In this document: in pieces, positions 8,551 through 18,771 of the stretch | Layout: each line of letters begins with the position of its first letter | Position numbering within the stretch: position 1 is the stretch's first letter | Position numbers and translations under genes: made by a program | NCBI GenBank assembly: GCA_041661385.1 | Contig: JBAZUP010000001.1 | Span: 418,560-482,559, forward strand | Direction: 5' to 3' | DNA: 64,000 nt | From: Patescibacteria group bacterium | GTDB lineage: Bacteria > Patescibacteriota > Patescibacteriia > Magasanikbacterales > GWA2-37-8 | The notes under the pieces: generated by a model | Seen by the model: the letters and a program-made list of their open reading frames with translations, nothing else | Told to the model about the DNA's origin: nothing | Database searches by the model: none

Positions 8551-9984
8551 TTATTTTATTATTCCGATTTCAAAATACCTGTCTTCGCGTAAGTCCGACA
8601 CCTGGTCATAATTTGAATCGCCAAACTTTTCTGACGATTCTGGAGGAAGTGCGGTAGTAAGTTTTTTACCAAAATTTAGGCCTAATGTCAATCTGGTATT
8701 TATCGTACCGGATTGTTTTTGCACCAATAAAGAATAGCTTCCATCATCCACATTTTTTTTAATATTATCCGGTAAAATATAGGTAAAAGATAATGCTGCT
8801 TGTTTGCCGGGCTCAACCGCGAGATACGTTCCAAACCAATGTTTGCCGTTTTCATCTCCCTCCGCCGGTTTTGCATTTTTAACTCCGTTAACTGTTAACT
8901 CCGTTGAACCGGTTACACTAATTATTTTACTGCCTGCCGGAACAAAAATTCTTACATAATCTCGATAGCGGGTAGTGCGCCAGGTAAACCCTCCGGTATG
9001 GTGATAGTGCATCGTAGCTGAAGCAACGAGCTTGCCTGAAGTAGTCGGACTAATATCGTAAGAAAGAGTGCGTTGAATAGCGACATCGGTCTTTAAAGCG
9101 CCAAGATTGGCATCCGTCCAGAGTAAAAAATCACCGGTACTTGTCCGCACTGACCCATCCCAACGTTCTGAAATAATATGTTCTTGCTCATCGGGATAAA
9201 TCGAATACAGCATGATCTGTTTTTCATTAAGCATTTTTGCGATCAACCTTAAATAATCATTCCAATGCGTAAAACTAGTCGTAACCAAACGCGGCAAAAG
9301 AGCTTTACTTAAATCGCCTAGTAATTTTTTCCGATCACTAAAATCTTGCCCGCGCGCTTTGTATCCGTATTCAACTTCGTATTCCAATTTCTCGGTAAAA
9401 TTCTCACTGGTAAATTCTACTCCGTCTGCTTTTACCGGACCGGTAATTTTCAAAATTTCTTCAAACAAAGTCGGAGTAACAGCTATAACGCCGTCAATAT
9501 GTTCCGCTTCCGCTCCCCGTTCACTTTTGTACAATTCGAGCGCGAGCCTCGCGTCAGTCGGAAAATCCGGTGACCAATTACTATCGCGTAACTGCATTTT
9601 TTTTATTCCTAAATATTTAGCAAGCGCCGGCGGCGGATCAATACCAACTTCCGCGGCGGCATTATCTAAATTTTCCGTACCTTCAACTTTAATAATATCT
9701 GGTTTGCCGCGATTTACATTGAACAAAGCATATGAACCAATAAAACCGCCGCCCGGACGAATTTCCGTATTATTTAGAAAAAGTACCAGATAAGTGCGCG
9801 GCGCTTCCATGCCAAAAGCCTTTTGAACCATGAGAGTCGTTGAAGCGCTTTGTCCGGCCGGCATTGCTTTTTGAATTATTGTTTCCTGCAAATTACCTTG
9901 TTTATAAGAACTGCGTAACAAAACTCCGCCGCCTATGGTAATGGTGAGAAAACCCAAAATTAAAATAAGGGCGGTCATTCTCAT
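8551..9984 (-). CDS. DUF4012 domain membrane-anchored protein
   Basis: YLVLFLNNTEIRPGGGFIGSY, RDSNWSPDFP, IDGVIAV, VQKQSG. Confidence 0.85.
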   Translation of the reverse strand: MRMTALILILGFLTITIGGGVLLRSSYKQGNLQETIIQKAMPAGQSASTTLMVQKAFGMEAPRTYLVLFLNNTEIRPGGGFIGSYALFNVNRGKPDIIKVEGTENLDNAAAEVGIDPPPALAKYLGIKKMQLRDSNWSPDFPTDARLALELYKSERGAEAEHIDGVIAVTPTLFEEILKITGPVKADGVEFTSENFTEKLEYEVEYGYKARGQDFSDRKKLLGDLSKALLPRLVTTSFTHWNDYLRLIAKMLNEKQIMLYSIYPDEQEHIISERWDGSVRTSTGDFLLWTDANLGALKTDVAIQRTLSYDISPTTSGKLVASATMHYHHTGGFTWRTTRYRDYVRIFVPAGSKIISVTGSTELTVNGVKNAKPAEGDENGKHWFGTYLAVEPGKQAALSFTYILPDNIKKNVDDGSYSLLVQKQSGTINTRLTLGLNFGKKLTTALPPESSEKFGDSNYDQVSDLREDRYFEIGIIK

Positions 9985-11468
9985 ATGGCGCGTTTTTTTA
10001 CCGAGACATTAAAACCCAAATAGCGGCCAAACATTAAGTGCGTGACAGCGTCAAGACAGGGCAAAGAAGAAAACAACACCAGTGATACCGGAGTAAGTGC
10101 CCACTGCAAAATCATAAACAAATATTGATACCGACGATGCTGTTCGGGGCGAGGCGGAAGAAGCAACATGCCGATAATCATGGAGACAAATAAACCCGCC
10201 ATAGCAAGTGTCATGAGAGTTTCGAGCACATGTGGAGTGTTAAAAAAAAGCGCGCTTTGCCGAACCTGATCTTCAGCCACCCAAAGCGGCAACCTGCCGA
10301 GCACAGTAATAATAATCGCGACCACTCCCCAGCTCCATTTGCCTTCCCACTCATGAAACAACATGACAAATTTTTTGAAGCGGCTTATTTCTTTATGTTT
10401 TTCAAATTCCCAAAGCAAATAAGAAATATTTTCAGTGCCCCAGGCCCAGCGCCGTTGTTGAAAATACAAATTTTTTAAACTTTTTAAAATACTTTCATCA
10501 CGCACTGTATCCATTGAAACCGGTAAATACAAAGGCGTTACTTCGTAATCTCCGCCATAGGCAAGCCAACATTGATAAAAAATACGCGAATCCTCACTGA
10601 TGATATTTTTGGCATGGCCGCCCGCATCAATTGCCGCCTTAAAACTCATGCTATGTGAAGAAAAAGTGACAAGGTTATCAAGGCGAGCCAGGCTGAACAA
10701 CATCCAAAAAGTGGTACCAAAAGCCATGATTCGGAGTATCGCCGGCGAATCCCAAAGATTGTTATTGTACAAAGTGATAGGCTGAAACGAGCTGTGAGTC
10801 GGATTCGGATGTGAAAGATACATGTAAGTCAGATGAGCAAAATATTCCGGATGCGCCACGGTATCAATATCAAAAACCGACATTATTATATTTTCATATT
10901 GCCAATTTTTTGCATCCGCGTATTTTTTAAATTCCCATTCCGCATAATGAATGTTTGATCCTTTCCCGGCGATTTCGCCGGGCAAATTATCGGGATGGGT
11001 AAAAAATATCAGGTCCGCAAATTTGCCGGAAAAATGTTTTTTTATTTCCGCTTGCACTCCCTGCCAGTGTTCCAGCTTGCGCGCCTCACCGGAAATAACT
11101 ATATATAATTTCTCGGCTGGATATGCAGATTTGAGCAGCGCTCCAAGCGTCGCTTCTACTACGTCAAAATCTTCATTATACAAAGGTAAAAAAACAACAT
11201 TGATTTTTTCACTCCAGGCCGGAAATTCTTTTTTTAATTTATCGAACCAACTTACTTTTATCGCCAAACGAAATCGGTTCCAAGATAGAACCGTATAAAA
11301 AGAAAAATAAGCGACTCGAAGCACCCAATAAACATCAAAAATTATTATCAGGTAAATCATCCAAAGCGGACGAACAAAACTGAGCACCAAACCAACAAAA
11401 AGCGTGAGCCAAATGCTAAGGCCGGGTAAAATTTCGTATAATCGATATTTATGAAATGGTGTTAGCAT
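9981..11468 (-). CDS. multi-TM glycosyltransferase family 2 (processive type)
   Basis: GKGSN, FDIDT, ISEDSR and QQRRWAWG (QxxRW) motifs with N- and C-terminal TM helices. Confidence 0.88.
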   Translation of the reverse strand: MLTPFHKYRLYEILPGLSIWLTLFVGLVLSFVRPLWMIYLIIIFDVYWVLRVAYFSFYTVLSWNRFRLAIKVSWFDKLKKEFPAWSEKINVVFLPLYNEDFDVVEATLGALLKSAYPAEKLYIVISGEARKLEHWQGVQAEIKKHFSGKFADLIFFTHPDNLPGEIAGKGSNIHYAEWEFKKYADAKNWQYENIIMSVFDIDTVAHPEYFAHLTYMYLSHPNPTHSSFQPITLYNNNLWDSPAILRIMAFGTTFWMLFSLARLDNLVTFSSHSMSFKAAIDAGGHAKNIISEDSRIFYQCWLAYGGDYEVTPLYLPVSMDTVRDESILKSLKNLYFQQRRWAWGTENISYLLWEFEKHKEISRFKKFVMLFHEWEGKWSWGVVAIIITVLGRLPLWVAEDQVRQSALFFNTPHVLETLMTLAMAGLFVSMIIGMLLLPPRPEQHRRYQYLFMILQWALTPVSLVLFSSLPCLDAVTHLMFGRYLGFNVSVKKRAI

Positions 11469-11470
11469 AA

Positions 11471-11857
11471 TTACTTGTCATTTATCCCCCCAATACGCGG
11501 TTCAGCACTATAAACAGCGCTAATATATTGCCCAATCTGAGTATTTTTTAACTTTTTTACAATTTCCCCAAGATCATCGCCTTCGACAGCTATGACCGGA
11601 ATCTGAAGCGAATATGCAAGAACATTCGCGAAGGTACAAGCGAGGCGGGTAGCCGTAAATCTGCCGACCCCGACCCGAACTGCCATACCCTCGACATCGC
11701 CTAATTTAATTTTTTCAATTTGTAAAACTTTCTCAAAAGATTTTTCAAGATCTCCTTCATTTTCAGAATCAAAATTATGTTCGCGCCAATCCTTACCATC
11801 CTCAGAAACAAAAAAAACGATTTTATCCGTCGTTGTATTATTTACAAAAAAAAACAT
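11471..11857 (-). CDS. tsaB: TsaB-like protein, N-terminal domain only
   Basis: VRVGVGRFTATRLACTFANVLAYSLQIPV resembles GPGSFTGxRxG...AxxLA; ends with YSAEPRI. Confidence 0.7.
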   Translation of the reverse strand: MFFFVNNTTTDKIVFFVSEDGKDWREHNFDSENEGDLEKSFEKVLQIEKIKLGDVEGMAVRVGVGRFTATRLACTFANVLAYSLQIPVIAVEGDDLGEIVKKLKNTQIGQYISAVYSAEPRIGGINDK

Positions 11858-11859
11858 AT

Positions 11860-12456
11860 TTAACTGACCTCTAGTTCATTTACCACAAAAACATGTTTTG
11901 CTTCCAAAATTGCAAATAAAAATCTGTCACCAATATGACGACGGTCTTTAAACTCCTCTTCGGTCATAAAAGTATAACGAATTGTTTTTCCAAGATCGTC
12001 TTCGTAACGACGAATAATTTTAGAAACAATAAGCGGTTTTAGTTTACCAACAATCATAATGTCTGTGGTCGCATCTTTTTCACCGGTGAAAACTCCCGTC
12101 AAAAGAAAGAGTTTGATTTTACCACCCTTATGTTTAATTTCCTCAACCAACTCCTGCTCTTCCAATACTTCCGACTTGGTGAGAAGGGCCCTTAGCTCGG
12201 CAAAAAGCGGCGACAACTCATCAACTTGATAATATTTCGAACGTTCGGTTCCGGCTTCTTCACCCTGACTGTCTCCCGCGATTGAAGTGCGAATAATTCG
12301 CAGCTTCTGAAGGTTGGAAATTTCACGTCGTACGGCATTGAGCTGGGTCTTTATAAGCCGAGCGAGTTCTCGCACATAAAACGAGCGATCGGGCGACCTA
12401 AAAAAAACCTTTAATAACTTCAGACGAGTTTTTGAACCAAAAAAGTGTTCAAGCAT
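11860..12456 (-). CDS. winged-helix transcriptional regulator with degenerate nucleotidyltransferase-like C-domain
   Basis: FGSKTRLKLL...FYVRELARLI...NAVRREISNL; C-terminal TDIMIVG; start MLEHFF preferred. Confidence 0.75.
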   Translation of the reverse strand: MLEHFFGSKTRLKLLKVFFRSPDRSFYVRELARLIKTQLNAVRREISNLQKLRIIRTSIAGDSQGEEAGTERSKYYQVDELSPLFAELRALLTKSEVLEEQELVEEIKHKGGKIKLFLLTGVFTGEKDATTDIMIVGKLKPLIVSKIIRRYEDDLGKTIRYTFMTEEEFKDRRHIGDRFLFAILEAKHVFVVNELEVS

Positions 12457-12575
12457 AATTTTAATAAAATTCACCAATTTCGCCACGGATAAAATATGTG
12501 GCCAAATAGCGTCATTTTGTAGACTTACAAAATCGTTTATAGTATACTATGTGCAGTATATCTCGTCAAAAACCT

Positions 12576-14846
12576 ATGGACCAGATTCTTCGCCTCAATG
12601 AATTTTTTGTTGAAGGTGGAAAGCAAGATATCTCTCACGTTTTGCTGCATATCAATGAACCGTCTAGCCCTGAAGAAGCAAAAAAGGGCTACTTTTTTGC
12701 GTTATCGGAGACAAATAACGCCAGTGTTTCGTTTATCGCAAAGTTTCAGGATATAATTGACCGTGCCCAAACTGAATATTATGAGATTGCCGATGAATCC
12801 GGACGCGATGCTTTTGAATTAGTTCTTGAAAAAATGAATGGCGAGGCTTTTGTCCTTGAACATGAACAGGGTGAATTAAACAGCATTGTTGGCGCGATCA
12901 GGCAAAAAGAAATAATCTTCAGTTATTATGGCAATCCTCAGCTCCTACTTTTTTATCGCAACAAACAAGGCGGCTACGATAAAATGGATTTAGTAAAAGA
13001 CAGCGACAAAGATGAAAGTTCTGGTCAAATGTTTTCCCAGGTCATTCAAGGCAAACTAACACCGAACGATTATCTGTTCGTTGGCACTCCGCATATTGTG
13101 GATTTTTTTAGTCATGATCGGCTTGAAAAAATTATCACCAACCGCTCTGCCGAAGAAAGCGCCGCTCATATTGAAAAAGTTCTAAGCGAACTAAAAAACG
13201 GCTTTTCGTTTGGCGGACTCATTATTCATCTTTTTAGACAAGAACAACCGGAAGCCGCCAAAAAACTGCGCCCCGCCGCCGGATCAAGCAGCCAGTCACT
13301 CCAAAATTTGTTTACCCGCGAAAAAAATACCGCCAATACTCTTTCTCCTTCTATTTTACCAAAATTAGATCGTTTACGTGGTATTTTAAACAACAACGAT
13401 GCCCCTCCTCTGCCGGCCCAAAAATCTAATAATGATTTCCGAGGAACAGAAATTAAATCCGCGCACCTGAATACTCATCGGCCAAAAATGCGCGCCCCCT
13501 CCCCGAGTTTTGGCGATTACCTTATTTCAGCAGCAAAAATTATTTGGTCAGGCTTAAAAATCGTCGGCCGATTTCTTTTTCAAATTTTGTACCTTATTTA
13601 CGCCATTTTTTATAACATTTTCCGCACCATTATTTTGCTATTCATGGTAATAATAAATTATAAGAAACGCCGAAATACCATAATCGAAAACTGGAAAATG
13701 GCCTGGCGCGGCAGACGTGAAGATTTCCGGCACTTGCCACCGCTCACCAAATTTATGTTGCTTGGATCAATTTTAATTGCTTTATTCTTTGCAATCAGCC
13801 TCCTCTTTATTCAACACAATCGTAATGTTGCCGCGGAAAATGCCGCTTTTGAAAATTCGATCCGAGATATTCGAACCAAAATTGCCTCTGTAGAAAGCGC
13901 GGTAATATATAAAAATGACGAGCTGGCTTACGCTGAGTTTCAAAAAGCGACTGAAGCCATGTCAGCTGCGGTCTGCAAATCGGCAAATCAAAAAACAATT
14001 TGCAACGGCATCAGAAGTGAATTATCTGTACTTAGTACCAAGCTCCGAAAAATTACGATTGCGAATGTTTCGGAATTAACATCTTTCTCCGATTTGCCAA
14101 AAACTGGAGCAGAAAGAATAATACGAGCAAAAAACAAATTAATCGCTTACTCGCCTGCCACTTCCACTTTATTTACCTATGATCTTTCAACCGGTGAAGT
14201 AAAACTACTTCCGACCTACCCTTCAATCGCCGGTTTTAGCGAAGCCGCTGTACCAAAGGAAAATGATTATGTTCTTTTCTTATATAATAAAAAACAATTG
14301 ATGCGGCTTGATACAACGGACTGGTCCGTACAACTTGCCGAAATCTCGTTTGCTTCTGACAAATCGGAAATTACCGGCTTTGCAGTTTACAACCGCCGCC
14401 TTTATGCGCTCGACGCTATCAACAATACAATTTTACGCCACGATTCAATTAAGACCGGATTCGGCCAAGGACGAGAATGGCTTAAAGACAAAAGTGTTTC
14501 TCTGACAAATGGAACCGATCTTACTATCGATGGTGATGTTTTTATAACCAAAACCGACGGCAGTATCGTCAAATTTACATCCGGAGTTCCGCAGCCTTTT
14601 TCTTTAACCGGTTTAGATCCGGCATTATCCTCCGCTTCGCAAGCCTTCACCTATCTTGATATTCCAAATTTATATATTTTAGAACAGGCCCAAAAACGTT
14701 TAATTATTTTTGAAAAAAATGGCCATTTTATCGGCCAGTACACTAGCCCAACTTTCGTTTCACCGTCCGGATTTTCTGTTGACTATACCGCCAAAAATGT
14801 TTACTTGCTCGACTCGGGAAAACTTCTTAAATTTCCATTGCAATAA
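12576..14846 (+). CDS. membrane protein with degenerate PP2C-like N-domain and C-terminal NHL-like beta-propeller
   Basis: N-terminal alpha/beta domain, central TM segments, C-terminal repeats (LYALD, IDGDVFI, LYILE, VYLLD). Confidence 0.6.
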   Translation: MDQILRLNEFFVEGGKQDISHVLLHINEPSSPEEAKKGYFFALSETNNASVSFIAKFQDIIDRAQTEYYEIADESGRDAFELVLEKMNGEAFVLEHEQGELNSIVGAIRQKEIIFSYYGNPQLLLFYRNKQGGYDKMDLVKDSDKDESSGQMFSQVIQGKLTPNDYLFVGTPHIVDFFSHDRLEKIITNRSAEESAAHIEKVLSELKNGFSFGGLIIHLFRQEQPEAAKKLRPAAGSSSQSLQNLFTREKNTANTLSPSILPKLDRLRGILNNNDAPPLPAQKSNNDFRGTEIKSAHLNTHRPKMRAPSPSFGDYLISAAKIIWSGLKIVGRFLFQILYLIYAIFYNIFRTIILLFMVIINYKKRRNTIIENWKMAWRGRREDFRHLPPLTKFMLLGSILIALFFAISLLFIQHNRNVAAENAAFENSIRDIRTKIASVESAVIYKNDELAYAEFQKATEAMSAAVCKSANQKTICNGIRSELSVLSTKLRKITIANVSELTSFSDLPKTGAERIIRAKNKLIAYSPATSTLFTYDLSTGEVKLLPTYPSIAGFSEAAVPKENDYVLFLYNKKQLMRLDTTDWSVQLAEISFASDKSEITGFAVYNRRLYALDAINNTILRHDSIKTGFGQGREWLKDKSVSLTNGTDLTIDGDVFITKTDGSIVKFTSGVPQPFSLTGLDPALSSASQAFTYLDIPNLYILEQAQKRLIIFEKNGHFIGQYTSPTFVSPSGFSVDYTAKNVYLLDSGKLLKFPLQ

Positions 14847-14854
14847 TTTGCAAA

Positions 14855-14889
14855 CAAAAAAACCTTCCGATTGAGTCGGAAGGTTTTTT
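14855..14889. terminator. bidirectional terminator
   Basis: AAAAAAACCTTCCGA-TTGAG-TCGGAAGGTTTTTT. Confidence 0.8.
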
Positions 14890-14905
14890 AATTTCTTGCG
14901 AAAAA

Positions 14906-15280
14906 TTATTTCAAAGTGACTTTGCCGCCAGCTTCTTCAAGCTTTTTCTTCATGGCTTCAGCGTCATCTTTCTTTACGCCTTCTTTGATGGCTTTTGGAG
15001 CGGCATCAACGAGAGCTTTAGCATCAGCGAGACCAAGACCAGTAATTTCTTTTACAGCCTTAATAACGTTGATTTTGTTTGGACCTGCTTCGGTAAGTTC
15101 AACATTGAACTCGGATTTTTCTTCGGCAGCGGCTCCGGCAGCGGCTGGGGCAGCCATCATCATGGCTGGGGCGGCGGCGGAAACTCCAAACTTCTCTTCC
15201 ATCGCCTTAACAAGTTCGGCGAGTTCGAGTACTGTAAGTTTTTCAACTTCGGAAATGATTGTTTCTAATTTTGCACTCAT
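14906..15280 (-). CDS. rplL: 50S ribosomal protein L7/L12
   Basis: [22 protein letters not shown]; [19 protein letters not shown]. Confidence 0.98.
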   Translation of the reverse strand: MSAKLETIISEVEKLTVLELAELVKAMEEKFGVSAAAPAMMMAAPAAAGAAAEEKSEFNVELTEAGPNKINVIKAVKEITGLGLADAKALVDAAPKAIKEGVKKDDAEAMKKKLEEAGGKVTLK

Positions 15281-15291
15281 AATATTATTAA

Positions 15292-15813
15292 TTAAGCTTT
15301 TTTAGTTTTATAGGCGTTAAGCACATTCATAAGACTGCGTAATACTCCGGCATTTACATTTACAAAACCAGAAATTGGCGCGTTCATTGTATGTACTAAC
15401 ATGGAAAGTAATTCTTGCTTGTTTGGAAGAGCGGACAAGCTCTTTACCATAGCAGCATCAATAAATTTTCCTTCCAAAATTCCTCCAAAGATTGAGACTA
15501 CATCATTTTTCTTGGCAAAAGCTGCTACCACTTTAGCAGGGGTGACTTCGTCAGACCCGATAAAGGTTGCAATACCACCTTGAAAAGAAGCAGTGTCGGT
15601 ATCCGAAAGACCCACGGCTTCGAGCGCGCGCTTTACCAAGGTTTTCTTGGCGGCAAGCACTGTAACGCCGACTTGGCGGGCATTCTTACGGAGTTCTTCG
15701 GTTTGAGCAACGGTAAGACCCTGAAAATTGGCAAAAACAACGCCTTTGGCGCCTTTTAAACCACTTGAGAGTGTCTCTACTGTTACTTGTTTTTGTTGTT
15801 TTGATTTGGGCAT
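15292..15813 (-). CDS. rplJ: 50S ribosomal protein L10
   Basis: [35 protein letters not shown]; directly upstream of rplL. Confidence 0.96.
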   Translation of the reverse strand: MPKSKQQKQVTVETLSSGLKGAKGVVFANFQGLTVAQTEELRKNARQVGVTVLAAKKTLVKRALEAVGLSDTDTASFQGGIATFIGSDEVTPAKVVAAFAKKNDVVSIFGGILEGKFIDAAMVKSLSALPNKQELLSMLVHTMNAPISGFVNVNAGVLRSLMNVLNAYKTKKA

Positions 15814-15874
15814 AAGATTCATATCCGCTTGAAGCGGATTGTTAACTGACGCTCCGATAAACGGAGGCTAGTAA

Positions 15875-15985
15875 CAAAAAAATCTGTGTTTCCACAGACT
15901 AACGTAATACAGTCGACCTTAACAAAAAGTTTCTGATTACCTCGGTAGGACATTAAGCCTTGCGGCACCTACTGTCTATGGTTAA
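15875..15985 (-). promoter_or_regulatory. L10 leader with attenuator-like hairpin
   Basis: Minus strand CCATAGACAGTAGGTGCCGCAAGGCTTAATGTCCTACCGAGGT matches the L10-leader pattern (AGACAGYAGG...TTAA...CCTRCYGAGG); then GTCTGTGGAAACACAGATTTTTTT. Confidence 0.8.
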
Positions 15986-16041
15986 AAAGAGTATATCAAA
16001 CAAAAACCTGATTGTCAATAGTTCGATTTAAGGATAATTCC

Positions 16042-16728
16042 TTATTCAATAATTGTGCCGGTAATCGCCTTTCCTTCAATCGCCTTTTCAACCTCGGCAA
16101 GGTCAGTACCCATCGCAAACAACACCTTAAGATGCATTTTTTGGCCTTCCTTACACGCCACCGGATCAAACGGAGCGTTTGCTCCCGGCACCCAAATATC
16201 TCCGACAATTTCACGCATTTGACTCCAAGTAACTCGATCAAGCCGTTTAGCTTTTGGATTCATTTTTGGGTCTGAATCATAAATATGGCTGATATTAGAA
16301 AGATTTATCAAAGTATCTGATTCATATAACTCAGCAAATTTAACGGCATCAAAATCTGTGGAACATCCCGGCTTCCAACCGCTTACTACCAAGACCGGCT
16401 CAACCCACGGCAATTTTTCGTTAAAATCACGGGCTACTACCGGATGAGCGTATTCACGAAATATAGTCCTGATAAAATGCGCGTTCAGGCGCGTGGCATG
16501 AATACCAATCCAATCTATATCTTCTGGCATAAGATGACTAATCGCGAGCGCCGCCCGTTGGTAAGAACGCGCCGTGCTGCCACCGCCACAAACAATAATA
16601 AAACGATAGCCGTCTTTAATTTTCTTTACAATTAACTCCCTAAAACCAATTAAAAAATCGGTATTGAAACCGGTTTGAGGAATAATAAGCGACCCGCCGA
16701 GCGACAAAACTATAATCTTGTGATTCAT
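16042..16728 (-). CDS. pyrH: UMP kinase, archaeal type
   Basis: VLSLGGS, VCGGGSTARSY, DWIGIHATRLNA, PGCSTDFDA, PFDPVA. Confidence 0.92.
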   Translation of the reverse strand: MNHKIIVLSLGGSLIIPQTGFNTDFLIGFRELIVKKIKDGYRFIIVCGGGSTARSYQRAALAISHLMPEDIDWIGIHATRLNAHFIRTIFREYAHPVVARDFNEKLPWVEPVLVVSGWKPGCSTDFDAVKFAELYESDTLINLSNISHIYDSDPKMNPKAKRLDRVTWSQMREIVGDIWVPGANAPFDPVACKEGQKMHLKVLFAMGTDLAEVEKAIEGKAITGTIIE

Positions 16729-16729
16729 A

Positions 16730-17206
16730 TTATAAAGCTTTTTTCATTAAAATTGTTTCAAACTTTGGCCCATTATTTTTATGAATTATTAATTTTCTAA
16801 TTTTTTTATAACCAAAGTGCTTATAAAAAAGAACCGCAAAAAGCGAAGAATGTACCTGCAAATATTTCAGCTTCAATTTTTTCGCTTCTTTTTCAATGAA
16901 ATTTATCAGCTCTCTCCCAACACCCTTACCCTGATGGAGGGGGTCAACGAAAAACTGTCTTATACGATTTTCATTTTCAGTAAGACAAATAACGCCAACA
17001 ATTTTATTTCCTAAAACTGCTACTTTATAATTTCGTTCCTTAGATTTTTTCAAAATTTTTACAGCACTGGCCCCGGAACATAAAAACTTAATCACGGCCG
17101 GAGAATAATATTTTTTATTAGTAACTTGTATGGCCCGACGAATAATTCTGGCAACATCATACTCATCTCCCTTTTTAAATTTCCGAACCTTAATTTTTTT
17201 AGCCAT
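16730..17206 (-). CDS. GNAT family N-acetyltransferase
   Basis: FVDPLHQGKGVGRELI (motif A), AVLFYKHFGY. Confidence 0.9.
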   Translation of the reverse strand: MAKKIKVRKFKKGDEYDVARIIRRAIQVTNKKYYSPAVIKFLCSGASAVKILKKSKERNYKVAVLGNKIVGVICLTENENRIRQFFVDPLHQGKGVGRELINFIEKEAKKLKLKYLQVHSSLFAVLFYKHFGYKKIRKLIIHKNNGPKFETILMKKAL

Positions 17207-17208
17207 AG

Positions 17209-17364
17209 TTAAAAAGGCTTTTTGAAAAAACTTTTATTCTTACGGCTGAGTTTGGTGTGAGCAGAATTTTGTTTGAACAATTCCGGTCGACTAGAAAGCC
17301 AACGACTAGGCGTGCGATAACCGGTCTTTCCTTTTTGCGCTCGATTGGATGAATAATTTTTCAT
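17209..17364 (-). CDS. small basic hypothetical protein (51 aa)
   Basis: Manual translation MKNYSSNRAQKGKTGYRTPSRWLSSRPELFKQNSAHTKLSRKNKSFFKKPF*; fills the gap with 8-nt and 2-nt spacers. Confidence 0.5.
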   Translation of the reverse strand: MKNYSSNRAQKGKTGYRTPSRWLSSRPELFKQNSAHTKLSRKNKSFFKKPF

Positions 17365-17372
17365 GTTACACG

Positions 17373-17720
17373 CTATTTACGACTCCCAAAAAATAGCTGT
17401 ATTAACCAACTTGCGATTGAAAGGCAAAGCGCTCCCCAAAAAGCGGCAGCAAAATCCGCCACTCCAAAACCTTTTACCACTGTAGAAACGAACCAGAACA
17501 GCAAAGCATTAATAACAAAAGTAAAAAGACCCAGGGTGATAATGTTTACCGGCAAAGTTAAAATAAGAATAATTGGCCGAATAAGAGCATTTACAAGCCC
17601 CAGCACCAGAGCAGCAACTAACGCCGCATAAAAATCGGCAATCTTGATTCCCGGCACAATGTAATAACCAATCGCCATGAGAGCGAGCGCGTTGAGTAGC
17701 CAACGAATTATAAATCGCAT
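17373..17720 (-). CDS. 4-TM phage-holin-like family protein (YvlD/DUF360)
   Basis: ALVLGLVNALIRPIILILTLPVNIITLGLFTFVINALL signature. Confidence 0.9.
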   Translation of the reverse strand: MRFIIRWLLNALALMAIGYYIVPGIKIADFYAALVAALVLGLVNALIRPIILILTLPVNIITLGLFTFVINALLFWFVSTVVKGFGVADFAAAFWGALCLSIASWLIQLFFGSRK

Positions 17721-17723
17721 AAA

Positions 17724-18326
17724 TTAACGGACAATTAAATTAAATATGGTATCGATAATCGGCGAGATAAGTTGAAACATGAAAAAAATGAAAAACATCA
17801 AAATCATGAAGCCGTACCGGTCCAAAAAGTTTTTTATTTTATAGGCGCTGTCCGGCAAAATCGCATATAAAATTTTAGAGCCATCAAGCGGCGGAATCGG
17901 CACCAAATTAAATACCATCAGCATTATATTGATATAAATAATTATTACCAAATATTCGGAAATATAGCTGCCGGGAATGAAACGCAAAACCGCCCCAACG
18001 CTTACCGCGAGGAGCAAGTTGGCGAGCGGACCGGCAATACCAACTAAAGCCGGACCCCAACGTTGATTTTTTAAATTGTAAGGGTTATATGGCACGGGCT
18101 TTGCATAAGCAAACATAAACCGTCCACTCGTAAATATAAATAGCGTTATCGGTAAAATAATCGTACCCCATAAATCAATATGACTGCGCGGATCAAGGGT
18201 AAGACGGCCGGCATACCTCGCGGTTGGGTCGCCCAGTCGTTCCGCCATCCAACCGTGGGCATATTCATGCAAAATTGACGAGGGAATGACGATAATGAAG
18301 TAAAAAACGAGGCTGAGGAAGTCCAT
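17724..18326 (-). CDS. site-2 protease family (M50) metalloprotease
   Basis: HEYAH, GDPTA, AGPLAN, FNLVPIPPLDGSK. Confidence 0.95.
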   Translation of the reverse strand: MDFLSLVFYFIIVIPSSILHEYAHGWMAERLGDPTARYAGRLTLDPRSHIDLWGTIILPITLFIFTSGRFMFAYAKPVPYNPYNLKNQRWGPALVGIAGPLANLLLAVSVGAVLRFIPGSYISEYLVIIIYINIMLMVFNLVPIPPLDGSKILYAILPDSAYKIKNFLDRYGFMILMFFIFFMFQLISPIIDTIFNLIVR

Positions 18327-18413
18327 GTTGACAAATCTTTAAAAATAGGCTAATATAATGGGGTTCTGTTTTTTAATTATATTCTAAACACCTAAAATAA
18401 GCAACCATTTTAT

Positions 18414-18590
18414 ATGTCGATGACCTGTTCAATTTGTACAAAAAAGGCCCAGCGCGCCAACTATGTGAGCCACTCCAATGTGAAAGCAGTCCGCCGCCAA
18501 AAACCAAATCTTCAACGCATGAATATCGACGGCAAAAGCGTGAAAATTTGCTCCAGCTGCCGACGCACTTTGGTAAAAGAATTGGCCTAA
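18414..18590 (+). CDS. rpmB: 50S ribosomal protein L28 (zinc-ribbon type)
   Basis: Manual translation MSMTCSICTKKAQRANYVSHSNVKAVRRQKPNLQ...KICSSCRRTLVKELA*; below the ORF-track cutoff. Confidence 0.93.
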   Translation: MSMTCSICTKKAQRANYVSHSNVKAVRRQKPNLQRMNIDGKSVKICSSCRRTLVKELA

Positions 18591-18603
18591 ATATACAAAA
18601 ATT

Positions 18604-18634
18604 AAAAAATCTCCTTAATTAAGGAGATTTTTTT
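18604..18634. terminator. bidirectional terminator shared by rpmB and the convergent ncRNA
   Basis: AAAAAATCTCCTT-AATT-AAGGAGATTTTTTT. Confidence 0.8.
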
Positions 18635-18771
18635 GTGGCTCGACAATCGGCCTTAAAACCTATCCTTGAAAGGTAGGTGGTAAACCTCACGCAAAACCCA
18701 CGGGCTTTGCAAATTCGGTAAACCTATAAGAACGATTATAGAATAGTATCATGCCTAACTGCCGGGCCACA
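18634..18771 (-). ncRNA. candidate structured ncRNA (6S-like or novel)
   Basis: Closing stem TGTGGCCCGGCAGTTAGGC/GCCGATTGTCGAGCCACA with G-U pairs on the minus strand; three internal hairpins; promoter TTGACA-16-TATACT directly upstream; terminator directly downstream. Confidence 0.65.

Noticed and set aside
17373-17720. Holin as evidence of a prophage
   Set aside because: This family is a common chromosomal membrane protein; no integrase, terminase or capsid genes in the window
18434-18622. 62-aa ORF
   Set aside because: Wrong frame of rpmB (18414-18590)
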